From Planctomycetaceae bacterium (GTDB lineage Bacteria; Planctomycetota; Planctomycetia; Pirellulales; PNKZ01): a stretch of 64,000 bases of DNA. The notes under the pieces are model-generated. The model saw only the letters and a list, made by a program, of their open reading frames with translations, did no database searches and was not told where the DNA came from. A program made the translations under genes and the position numbers. The stretch covers positions 11,385 through 75,384 of the forward strand of contig JAEUIN010000382.1 of the NCBI GenBank assembly GCA_016793115.1, read 5' to 3'. Every line of letters starts with the position of its first letter. The stretch's first letter is position 1. Positions 49,017 to 57,700 of the stretch are shown here, in pieces.

Positions 49017-50309
49017 CTACGTCGCCGCCTTCGCACGGATCGCTTCCAACACCTCGTCGTCACTCGCCAAAGGCGAGGGCGCCACGGCCCGCAGCGGAAT
49101 CGGCACCTCGTCCATCCGGTAGGCCGTGCCGCGGCGGTGCAGGCCGTAGACGGCCGTGGTGAATTGCACGTCGGCCGGCAGCAAACGATCGGCCCCCGGA
49201 TAGTCGAGCGCGATCGTCGGAATCGTCTTCAAATAGGCCCGCGCCTCGGGCGAAAGCGTTTGCGTCTCCGCGCTGCCGACCAGCAAACAGGCGTCGACTT
49301 CGCGCCGCCTAAGCAGTTCATCGGCCGAGTATTCCCCCGGGCTATAGCGCGGGTAGCCGGCCGCGAGGCTCACGCTAAACGGAAACCCGGTCTGCCACGT
49401 CAGCACGCTGTCGGCCCCGGCCACGTCGCCGTAGATCCGCATCCGCCGCGCGTAGAACCGCGTATGGTCATTCAGTTCGGTCGTGAGCCGCAGCAGCGCC
49501 TCGACGCCGGCATGCCCGTTGCGCCCAAGCGACAAGCCGCGGCCGAAGAAGAACACGCCCGAGCGACAAGCTTTGAGTTGCGCGGCCAAGTCTCCTAGTA
49601 CGTCGATCGGCACGCCGCCGACCTCGCTCGTGCCGAGTTCGACCCCTTTCACCAGCGCCCGCAGCGCCCAGAGCACTTCGAAATCGCTCGACGGCCGAAT
49701 CCGCACGAATTGGTCGGCCCGCTCGGTCGTCTTGGTTTCTTGAATGTCGAACACGATCAGCTTCCGTCCGGCGCGACCTTGCGGCACGAACTGTCCCCGC
49801 GGTTCGAGCGAGTAGCGCTCCATGTGCCGGGGATGGCTCACCGCCGGGTTCGCACCCCAGTAGATCACCAAGTCGGCCCGGTTCCGCACTTCGCCGAGCG
49901 AGCAAGTCGACTCCCCGACCGTCTGCAAGGCGATGATCGAATTGCCGTGACAGGTCGAGGCCGTCGTATCGATGACCGCGCCGATCGTATCGGCCAAATG
50001 CACCGCGGCCCGATGACCCGGCACGCTGCTCCGCGACAACCCGTAGACGAGCGGCAACTTCGCCGCGCGCAAGATCCGCGCCGCCTCTGCCGCGGCCACG
50101 TCCAGCGTCGCCGCTTGGCCGCGCACGAGAATCGGCTCCGCCGGCGGCGGCACGTTGTGCTTCGCGAACCAGGCCGCCTGCAACGCGCAGTTCGACTCCA
50201 TCGCCGTAATCCGACCCCCCTCGACCACCGCGCGCAAGTCGTCGCAAACGCACCCGCAAACGGTACATGCGACGTCTTCGACGATCCTTCGAGCGCTATT
50301 CACGACCAT
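49017..50309 (-). CDS. formylmethanofuran dehydrogenase subunit B-like (FwdB/FhcB family) protein
   Basis: N-terminal VACTVCGCVCDDL cysteine motif and a molybdopterin-oxidoreductase-like body (IYWGANPAVSHPRH). ATG at 50309. Stop is 6 bp from the stop of the convergent 47490-49010 gene. Confidence 0.55.
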   Translation of the reverse strand: MVVNSARRIVEDVACTVCGCVCDDLRAVVEGGRITAMESNCALQAAWFAKHNVPPPAEPILVRGQAATLDVAAAEAARILRAAKLPLVYGLSRSSVPGHRAAVHLADTIGAVIDTTASTCHGNSIIALQTVGESTCSLGEVRNRADLVIYWGANPAVSHPRHMERYSLEPRGQFVPQGRAGRKLIVFDIQETKTTERADQFVRIRPSSDFEVLWALRALVKGVELGTSEVGGVPIDVLGDLAAQLKACRSGVFFFGRGLSLGRNGHAGVEALLRLTTELNDHTRFYARRMRIYGDVAGADSVLTWQTGFPFSVSLAAGYPRYSPGEYSADELLRRREVDACLLVGSAETQTLSPEARAYLKTIPTIALDYPGADRLLPADVQFTTAVYGLHRRGTAYRMDEVPIPLRAVAPSPLASDDEVLEAIRAKAAT

Positions 50310-50313
50310 TCGT

Positions 50314-50507
50314 CCGGAGAAGGGAGATAAGGAGATGGGGAGGAGATGTCGGGGATAAGAAAGTAAGTGTGAGCGAGAGGAGCAGACTTCAGACGGAGAT
50401 ATCGCTGGGACTAACAAACCGGAGGACGTACATGGAAAACATAACTCCAGACACCCATCCTCCTATCCCCTCCGATCCCCTCCGATCCCCTGATCCCCTT
50501 TCTCCGG
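50314..50507. repeat. G-tract/C-tract inverted-arm intercistronic element, copy 1
   Basis: Left arm CCGGAGAAGGGAGATAAGGAGATGGGGAGGAGATGTCGGGGAT. The reverse complement of the right arm is CCGGAGAAAGGGGATCAGGGGATCGGAGGGGATCGGAGGGGATAGGAGGATGGG. About 95-bp AT-richer core. Confidence 0.75.
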
Positions 50508-50530
50508 CCGAGCAACGCCTCGGAAGCGGC

Positions 50531-52018
50531 TTACACTAACAATTTTTTTAGCACTTGCTGCTTTTCCACGCCGCTCAGTCGGGCGTCGAGTCCTTGGAAC
50601 TTATAGGTGAAGCGTTCGTGGTCGATGCCCAGGCAGTGCAGAATCGTCGCGTTCAGGTCGTTCACGTGCGTCGGCTTGTCGACAATGTTGTAGCTGAAGT
50701 CGTCGGTCTCGCCGTACACTTGGCCTCCCTTGATCCCGCCGCCCGCGAGCCACATGCAGAAGTTGCGGGGGTGGTGATCGCGGCCGTAGTTCGTCTTGGT
50801 CAGCGTCCCTTGCGAGTACACGGTGCGGCCGAACTCTCCGCCCCACACCACAAGGGTTTCCTCAAGCAGGCCCTTCTGCTTCAAGTCGGTGAGCAGCGCG
50901 CCGATCGGCTGGTCGGTGTCTTCGCATTGCAAGCGCAGGTCGCCCGGCAAGTTGCCGTGCTGATCCCAGCCGCGATGCAGAATCTGCACCACGCGCACGC
51001 CCCGCTCCACCAAGCGCCGGGCCAACAGCGCGCTCGACGCGAACGTACCCGGCTTCGTCACGTCGGGCCCGTACATCGCGAGCGTCGCCGCCGTTTCCGT
51101 CGAAAGGTCGGTCAGCTCCGGCACGCTCGTCTGCATGCGAAACGCCATCTCATACTGCTTGATCCGCGTGTCGATCTCGGGGTCGCCGAACTTGGCTTTG
51201 CTTCGTTCGTTGAGCGCGCCGAGCGCGTCGAGCATCGTCCGGCGATGCCGCGCGTCGACCCCCGGCGGGTTCTGAATGTAAAGCACCGGATCGCCGACGC
51301 TCCGCAGCGCCACGCCCGTGTGCGCCGTCGGCAGAAAGCCGCTGCTCCACATTCGCGTAAACAAGGCCTGCGCCGCGGCCTTCGATTTCCAATTCGGCGT
51401 CAGCACGACGAACGCCGGCAAGTCGTTCGTCTCCGCTCCCAGTCCGTAGCTCAGCCACGAACCGAGACTGGCGAAGCCGGGCACTTCGCGCCCCGTCATC
51501 ACGAACGTGCAGGCCGGATCGTGATTGATCGCGTTGGTATGCACCGTCTTCACGACGGCCAAGTCGTCGATGTGCTTGGCCGTGTGGGGCAAAAGCTCGC
51601 TCACCCACGTGCCGCATTTGCCGTGCTGCGCGAACTTGAACATCGACGGCGCGACCGGCAGCCGCGCCTGCCCGCTCGTCATGGTCGTGATTCGCTGACC
51701 CATCCGAATCGAGTCGGGCAGGTCTTTGTCGAAGTGGTCTTGAAGTTTCGGCTTGTAGTCGAAGGTGTCCAACTGCGACGGGCCGCCGTTCATGTGCAGA
51801 TAGATGATCGACTTCGCCTTCGCGGCGAAATGCGGCAACCCCTCCAATCCCGGCTGCACGCGCTCCGCAGGCAATTTGGCCGGCACGGCGGAAGCCGGCG
51901 CAGCCCCGCGGGCCGATGCGCCGAGCATCGCCAAAGCCGCCCCGCCGAACCGCAGCCCGACATCGCCGAAAAACTGCCGACGCGTTTGCTGATTCAAGAA
52001 TTCAATCATTGGGTCCAT
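50531..52018 (-). CDS. Tat-exported DUF1501 protein, module 3
   Basis: Leader [22 protein letters not shown] and blocks [33 protein letters not shown]. Confidence 0.85.
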   Translation of the reverse strand: MDPMIEFLNQQTRRQFFGDVGLRFGGAALAMLGASARGAAPASAVPAKLPAERVQPGLEGLPHFAAKAKSIIYLHMNGGPSQLDTFDYKPKLQDHFDKDLPDSIRMGQRITTMTSGQARLPVAPSMFKFAQHGKCGTWVSELLPHTAKHIDDLAVVKTVHTNAINHDPACTFVMTGREVPGFASLGSWLSYGLGAETNDLPAFVVLTPNWKSKAAAQALFTRMWSSGFLPTAHTGVALRSVGDPVLYIQNPPGVDARHRRTMLDALGALNERSKAKFGDPEIDTRIKQYEMAFRMQTSVPELTDLSTETAATLAMYGPDVTKPGTFASSALLARRLVERGVRVVQILHRGWDQHGNLPGDLRLQCEDTDQPIGALLTDLKQKGLLEETLVVWGGEFGRTVYSQGTLTKTNYGRDHHPRNFCMWLAGGGIKGGQVYGETDDFSYNIVDKPTHVNDLNATILHCLGIDHERFTYKFQGLDARLSGVEKQQVLKKLLV

Positions 52019-52057
52019 AAGTCACCTACGTCGCTTGCCGCCGCGCCGTTTCGCATT

Positions 52058-52253
52058 CAGAGAAGGGAGATAAGGGGATCGGAGGGGATGTGGGGGATGA
52101 GTTTTTGGTTTTGGGTTTCTAGTATTCAGTCTCGTTATATTCTTTTCGCTGCGCTATCGACTCGTTCGCAGATTCGAGATTGGAAATCCGAAATTCAGAA
52201 TCCCAATCTTCATCCCCAATATCCCCTCCGATCCCCTTATCCCCCTTCTCTGG
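52058..52253. repeat. G-tract/C-tract inverted-arm intercistronic element, copy 2
   Basis: Left arm CAGAGAAGGGAGATAAGGGGATCGGAGGGGATGTGGGGGATG. The reverse complement of the right arm is CCAGAGAAGGGGGATAAGGGGATCGGAGGGGATATTGGGGATG, with 3 mismatches in 42. About 110-bp AT-rich core. Confidence 0.85.
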
Positions 52254-52265
52254 ATGCGAGCGGGT

Positions 52266-55200
52266 TCAATTTCGATTGACCGTTTCGTCTAAGTTGAGGA
52301 TCAGGTTCGCCGTCAGCGTCCAAGCGGCGGTTTCCGCGCTTGGAGACTTTGCTTTAGGTGTCGATTCACCTACGTGGATCGCCGCCTTGGCCGATTTGGG
52401 ATCGGCTTGATACATGGCGAGTTGTTTCTCGTGCGCGGCGGCGACGATTTTCAATTCGTCGGCGTCCGGTTGCCTTGCCAGCACCGTGCGGTAGAGCCAA
52501 GTGATGCGCTCTTCGCGCGAGCCGCCGGCTTCGGCGAGGGCTCGTTCGGCTAGGGCTCGCGCGGCTTCAAAGTGTTGCACGTCGTTCATGAGCTGCAGGG
52601 CCTGCAGCGGCGTGTTGCTTCGTTCGCGGCGGGCGCAAGCTTGCTCGCGGTTCGGGCCGTCGAAGTTCGACATAAACGGCGGCGGCGCGGTCCGCTTCAA
52701 AAACGCGTAGATGCTCCGCCGATACAAGGCCGGCCCGTGGTCTTGCAGATAGTAGCGCGTGTTGCTGTCGGCATAGCCGACCGGCTCCCAGATATTCGGC
52801 GGCTGATAACTGCGGAAGCCGGCCCCGCCCATGTCCCAGTTGATCAGGCCGCTCACGGCCAGCACGTTGTCGCGAATTTGTTCGGCATCAAGCCGCATCC
52901 GCGGCCCGCGAGCAAGCAAGCGATTCTCCGGATCACGCGCCAACACCTCGGGCGTTGCAAGCGACTCCTGCCGGAACGCCGCCGAAGTCACAAGCAACCG
53001 CATGTAGTCCTTCATGCGCCAGGCGCCAGGGGAATTCTTGCTCTCTTCCGGCGTCTGGCTCGTGCCGCTTGGTCCCTTCTGCAAGCGAAGCGCTAACCAA
53101 TCCAGCAGCGGCGCGTTCAGCGGCGGTTCGCCTTGCGAACCGAAGTCGCCGCTCGTCTTCACCAACCCCACGCCGAACACTTGCTGCCACAAGCGATTCG
53201 CTTGCACGCGGGCCGTCAGCGGGTGCTCGGACGAAACGAGCCACCGTGCGAGGTCGAGTCGATTCGCGCGTGCGGCGCCTTCACGCTTCTTCAGGGCAGG
53301 CAGCACGGCCGGTACGCCCGGCTCGACCTTGTCGCCCGGCTTGTCGTACTGCCCGCGGAGCATGACGAAGGCTTCGCGCGGCGTCGGCACGTCGCCGAAC
53401 ACCATCGTCCCTTCGATCGCCGCGTCGGCCGCTTCGCGCGCCGCGCGGGCCGCGAGCCAAGCCTTGCGCTTCGCCGTCAGATCGTCGGTCGCAGGGCGCG
53501 CCACATAAGTGAGGTAGAACTCTTGGAGCTTGGCGACGGCTTCCGGCTTGTGGTCCTTCGCTTTCGCCGGCCCGTCTTTAAGCACCGCCGCTAAATCCCC
53601 CGGTACGTCGGGAATCGGCTTCGCGCCGGCCTGCTTCCACCAAACCGAGAACGACGAGAGCGGGTCTTTCGCCGGCTCGACGAGGCCGCGGATCGAGAGC
53701 GCGTCCCAATACACGACGCCGCCGGTTTCCTGCAACGTCACCTGCGTGATCCGTTGGCCCGGCTTCAAGCCGAGCTCCGCACCGGTGAGCGAGAGCTTCG
53801 TCCACTCCCCCGGCTTCGGCAGCGGCCCGCGCCGTTCGGATAAGGCCAGACCCCGAATGCCGCCGTCGAGCGCGCCTTCTTCACCCCACCACGCACGATG
53901 GTTGCCGCCCCCTTCGAGCAACAGCGACACGGCTTGCGGCACGTTGTGCGGATCGGGCCGCAACCAAACTTCGACCACGGCCTCGTCGGGTACGACGACC
54001 GGCGTAAGTTGGCACTGCAGCTTGTCTTCGAAGAAGTACGCGTTGGCCTGCCGCAGCACGCGCCGCCCGCTCGGCGCACGCAGCGCGGGGTCGGCGAGCC
54101 AAGTGCTGGTATTGCGCGAGGTGTTGCGCACCGAGCTACCCAGCGGCCAAGCATCGTCGAACACGACGTCGGTCACCGCTTGCGAGGCCGCCGCCGCATC
54201 TTTCTTTTTCGTCTTGTCCGCAGCGGCCGGGTCGACATACTTCGCCGCTTTCGCCGCGGCCGCGAGCTGCTTCAGCGCGTCGGCCTCGCGGGCCTTGGCC
54301 GAGTCGAGCTTTTCTTGTTGGCCCGGTTTCGGGATCTTGAAGAACGGCGCGGTCGTGTTGATGTTGCCGTCGAGCGCCGGGTCGGCCGCGTCGTAGAAGA
54401 AGCTGTAGAACGAGTAAAACTCTTTGGTCGACACCGGATCGTATTTGTGGTCGTGGCACACGGCGCAGCCGCCCGTCAGGCCCATCCAAGTTTGCATCGT
54501 CGTCGCGGCCCGATCGACGGCGTTGCGATAGAGCCACTCTTCGGCGATCGAGCCTCCTTCGCTCGTCGTCACGTTGCAGCGATTGAACCCGGTGGCGGCG
54601 ATCTGCTCGGGCGTGGCCTGCGGCAGCAAGTCGCCCGCCAATTGCCAAACGGTGAACTCGTCGAACGGCAGATCGTCGTTGAACGCCTTGACGACCCAAT
54701 CGCGATAGGCGTACATCAGGCGCTCGTTGTCGAGGTGCAGGCCGTGCGTGTCGGCGTAGCGGGCCACGTCGAGCCAGTGGCGCGCCATCTCCTCGCCGTA
54801 GTGCGGCGACCGGAGATAGCGATCGACCATCCGCTCGTAGGCGTCGGGGGATTGATCGGCGAGAAATTCATCGACTTCGGCGAGCGTCGGCGGCAGGCCG
54901 GTGAGCGTGAAGGCGACGCGGCGGATGAGCGTCGGCCGATCGGCTTCGCCGCGCGGCGCGAGCTGCTCTTGTTCGAGCTTGGCGAGCACGAACCGATCGA
55001 CCTCGTTCTTCGGCCAGGCTTTGTTCTTCACTTGCGGCGGTCCGACGACGGCCGGCGGCTCGAAGGCCCAATGCTTCTGATAGGCGGCCCCTTCGGCGAT
55101 CCAGCGGCGGATCGCTTCCTTTTGCTCCGGCTTGAGCGTCTTGTGCGACGACGACGGAGGCATTTGCAAGTCGACGTCGTCGGTCGTGATTCGCCTCCAG

Positions 55201-55472
55201 ACTTCGCTCGCGGCCGGGTCGCCCGGCTTGATCGCAAAGCCGGCCTCGCGCTTCGCCGTCGCGCTCTCGGGCACGTCGAGCCGTAGATCGGCCTCGCGAT
55301 GCTTGGCGTCGAAGCCGTGGCATGCGAAGCAATTCTCCGAGAGGATCGGTCGGATGTCGGCGTTGAACGAAAGCTTGTCTGCCGGTTCGGCCGCGGCGAC
55401 GACGCTCGAAGCCGGCGGCGACGACGACCCGAGGCATAAACAAACGACGACCGATAAGCGCAGCAGAGTCAT
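52266..55472 (-). CDS. PSCyt(CxxCH)/DUF1549/beta-sandwich insert/DUF1553 protein, module 3
   Basis: Signal peptide MTLLRLSVVVCLCLG, CFACH, SPHYGEEMARHWLDVARYAD, GCAVCHDHKYDP and the C-terminal LILNLDETVNRN. ATG at 55472. Confidence 0.85.
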   Translation of the reverse strand: MTLLRLSVVVCLCLGSSSPPASSVVAAAEPADKLSFNADIRPILSENCFACHGFDAKHREADLRLDVPESATAKREAGFAIKPGDPAASEVWRRITTDDVDLQMPPSSSHKTLKPEQKEAIRRWIAEGAAYQKHWAFEPPAVVGPPQVKNKAWPKNEVDRFVLAKLEQEQLAPRGEADRPTLIRRVAFTLTGLPPTLAEVDEFLADQSPDAYERMVDRYLRSPHYGEEMARHWLDVARYADTHGLHLDNERLMYAYRDWVVKAFNDDLPFDEFTVWQLAGDLLPQATPEQIAATGFNRCNVTTSEGGSIAEEWLYRNAVDRAATTMQTWMGLTGGCAVCHDHKYDPVSTKEFYSFYSFFYDAADPALDGNINTTAPFFKIPKPGQQEKLDSAKAREADALKQLAAAAKAAKYVDPAAADKTKKKDAAAASQAVTDVVFDDAWPLGSSVRNTSRNTSTWLADPALRAPSGRRVLRQANAYFFEDKLQCQLTPVVVPDEAVVEVWLRPDPHNVPQAVSLLLEGGGNHRAWWGEEGALDGGIRGLALSERRGPLPKPGEWTKLSLTGAELGLKPGQRITQVTLQETGGVVYWDALSIRGLVEPAKDPLSSFSVWWKQAGAKPIPDVPGDLAAVLKDGPAKAKDHKPEAVAKLQEFYLTYVARPATDDLTAKRKAWLAARAAREAADAAIEGTMVFGDVPTPREAFVMLRGQYDKPGDKVEPGVPAVLPALKKREGAARANRLDLARWLVSSEHPLTARVQANRLWQQVFGVGLVKTSGDFGSQGEPPLNAPLLDWLALRLQKGPSGTSQTPEESKNSPGAWRMKDYMRLLVTSAAFRQESLATPEVLARDPENRLLARGPRMRLDAEQIRDNVLAVSGLINWDMGGAGFRSYQPPNIWEPVGYADSNTRYYLQDHGPALYRRSIYAFLKRTAPPPFMSNFDGPNREQACARRERSNTPLQALQLMNDVQHFEAARALAERALAEAGGSREERITWLYRTVLARQPDADELKIVAAAHEKQLAMYQADPKSAKAAIHVGESTPKAKSPSAETAAWTLTANLILNLDETVNRN

Positions 55473-55574
55473 TGCGCAGGCACTCACGACGGGAGAGAAG
55501 GCGGGGCAATCGAGGCGGGGCGCAATCTCCATGATTTTCGATTGCCGGAAGCTTGTCCATAGCGGAGACCGGTT

Positions 55575-55656
55575 GTAGGGTGGGTCGAGTGCAGCGAGGC
55601 CCACGCGGAATGCGGCTATCAGCGGTATGGGGCCCGCAGCGCTCGACCCATCCTAC
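55575..55656. repeat. REP-like inverted repeat in a divergent promoter region
   Basis: GTAGGGTGGGTCGAGTGCAGCGAGGCCC ... GGGGCCCGCAGCGCTCGACCCATCCTAC: arms of about 28 bp with few mismatches and a spacer of about 26 nt. Confidence 0.7.
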
Positions 55657-55683
55657 GCGGACGTTGCATCGACCGAGCACGAT

Positions 55684-56346
55684 ATGACCGAACCGACCAC
55701 GGAGATCGACGAACGTGCCGGCGAGCGCGCCCTCGTCGCACAGATTCGCGCCGGCGATGAAGCGGCTTGGCGCGAATTCATCGCCGCCTACGAAGGTCGG
55801 CTCGCCGCCTTTGCGCGTTCCCGCTTGGGGGACGCCGGTCCGGCCGACGACGTCGTTCAAGAAACGTTCGTCGGCTTCTTGTTGAGCTTGCCCAACTACG
55901 ACGAGGCGCGCGGGCTTGAGACGTATCTCTTCACGATCTGCGCACACAAACTGACGGACCACTTGCGCCGCGCCGGCCGGCGACCGACCGTGCCCTTGGC
56001 CGTCAGCGACTCCACCTCGGGCCGCTACGCCGGCGGCGAACCGGCGGGCCTGGAGCGAAGCGTCGGCAGTTTAGCGCGCAGCGGCGAACGGCGCGGGCTC
56101 GAATCGGAAGCGCTCGCCAAAGTGCTCGCCGAAACGCTCACTCGTTGGCAAGAGAAAGGGGAGCACGAACGGGTCGCCTGCTTGGAACTGCTCTTCGTGC
56201 GCGGGCAGGCCAATAAAGCGGCGGCCGCGGCTTTGGGAATTACGGAGCAAGCGGTGGCGAACTACAAGTTCGACTTTCTCACCCGCCTCCGCGACGGGCT
56301 GCGAAAGCAGAACCTTTCGCCCGACGTATTCCCGGAATTGGCGTAG
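55684..56346 (+). CDS. ECF-type RNA polymerase sigma-70 family factor
   Basis: Region 2 (ADDVVQETFVGFLL, YLFTICAHKLTDHLRR) and region 4 HTH (KAAAAALGITEQAVANYKF). ATG at 55684. Confidence 0.8.
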   Translation: MTEPTTEIDERAGERALVAQIRAGDEAAWREFIAAYEGRLAAFARSRLGDAGPADDVVQETFVGFLLSLPNYDEARGLETYLFTICAHKLTDHLRRAGRRPTVPLAVSDSTSGRYAGGEPAGLERSVGSLARSGERRGLESEALAKVLAETLTRWQEKGEHERVACLELLFVRGQANKAAAAALGITEQAVANYKFDFLTRLRDGLRKQNLSPDVFPELA

Positions 56347-56391
56347 GGCGGGTCGAACGAACGCAAGGCCGACGCGTTGCCGTGCGCCCCC

Positions 56392-57366
56392 CTACCGCGA
56401 CGCCTTGCGCTCGACTTCCGTCGACGCATTGCCGCGCGCGTCGATCGCCTTCGCGCGGACGATCAGGCGGCGCTTGTCGGCGACGACCGGAAGATCGTCG
56501 AATACAAGCGTGAGTTCGTAGAGCGTCTGGCCGGCGCGAAAGCGGCCCGGTTCGGCGTTGACGTGATGGACCAACTGTTGGTCGAGAATCTTCGTGCCGT
56601 CTTTCTCCGGGGTGAACGCGCGGTTCCATTCGTTCATGTCGTACGACCGGCGGCCGAGTTCCTTAGCGCCGTCGAACACGGCGACCTCGACGCGCACCAG
56701 ATCCGGCTCGTCGCCGGGACAAGTCGCCGTCACGGCGACGGCCGTCGCCGTCTTGCTTGCATTGACCGAGTCGATCGTGATCTTCGGCGCGCCGGAGTCG
56801 GCATAAGGCAGCACGCAGAGCGGATGAATTGCGAATCGCTGGAAGAGGCCGCCGTCGCGGATGTCGAACTTGCAATATTCAAATCCGGTTTCATTCGCCC
56901 CGCTGCGGCCGACGACATCGCCCGCTTTGACCGCATCGCCGACTTTGACCGACACTTCGCTCAGGTGACGAAACGTCGTGTACCAGCACCCGGCGTCGCC
57001 GCACTTGTCGCCGGAGCTTGGTCGGTAGTGCTTGACCTGCACGACCTGATCGGCGTACGACGGATGCTTGCCGGCGATGCGGACTTCGCCGTCGGCGAGC
57101 GAATGAATCGGCGTGCCGGTCGGGCACTGAATATCGAGTGCGCGATTGAAGTCGTAGCGATAACCTTGCGAGGCGATCTGACGCGGGCCGAACGTATGCC
57201 ACACCGGCAAGTCGGGCTTTTCGGTGCCCGACAGCGGCCAGACGACGCGCGCCGCGAACGGGCCGACGGCGACGGGCTCGATCTTCAGTCCTTCGGTCGG
57301 CGATTCCTGGGCGATCACGGGCCGCAGGCCGAGAACAAGCACGACGAACATAAGGCGGCGCAACAT
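56392..57366 (-). CDS. secreted LytM/M23-like domain protein with degenerate catalytic motifs
   Basis: Signal peptide and an M23-like core (PTGTPIHSLADGEV ... HLSEVSVKVGDAVKAGDVVGRSG). The HxxxD position reads NRALD and the HxH position reads YCK. Confidence 0.55.
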   Translation of the reverse strand: MLRRLMFVVLVLGLRPVIAQESPTEGLKIEPVAVGPFAARVVWPLSGTEKPDLPVWHTFGPRQIASQGYRYDFNRALDIQCPTGTPIHSLADGEVRIAGKHPSYADQVVQVKHYRPSSGDKCGDAGCWYTTFRHLSEVSVKVGDAVKAGDVVGRSGANETGFEYCKFDIRDGGLFQRFAIHPLCVLPYADSGAPKITIDSVNASKTATAVAVTATCPGDEPDLVRVEVAVFDGAKELGRRSYDMNEWNRAFTPEKDGTKILDQQLVHHVNAEPGRFRAGQTLYELTLVFDDLPVVADKRRLIVRAKAIDARGNASTEVERKASR

Positions 57367-57700
57367 AGCTGGGCGTCCGGAGGCAAATGGGGCCGCGAGG
57401 GTCTCAAAGCGAGGCTATCATGTAGAGCCTCCGAGCGAACCGCAAGCCGATCTTGCGCAACCGGCGAAATCACGTGCTCACCCGCACGAAAATGCCGCTT
57501 TTTGCGGAGCTAAGACGGGCTCGCCCTTGGCGGCGGCGACGGCTGCAGGCTAGCATGGCAAGTTCGATGCGAGGACAGTCGGAGGCCTCGTTGTGACCTC
57601 GGAGCCGGCGGCGGCAACGGAGATGTCGCAGGCCGACCCACCATGAGAAACCGGAACACTTGAACGGCCGACGCCGCACCGGCGACGCCGGCCCTTGGGC

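Noticed and set aside
49017-50309. Possible selenocysteine (in-frame TGA) in the FwdB-like gene.
   Set aside because: The ORF is uninterrupted from the ATG at 50309 to its stop. No in-frame TGA or SECIS-like hairpin is needed to explain it.
50314-52253. Interpreting the GGGGAT-rich repeats as a CRISPR array, a MITE pair or integron attC sites bracketing a gene cassette.
   Set aside because: There is no regular repeat-spacer periodicity and no cas genes. There is no transposase, no target-site duplication seen, and the cores are unrelated (against a MITE). There is no intI integrase or attI, and the elements sit inside an apparent operon (against an integron).
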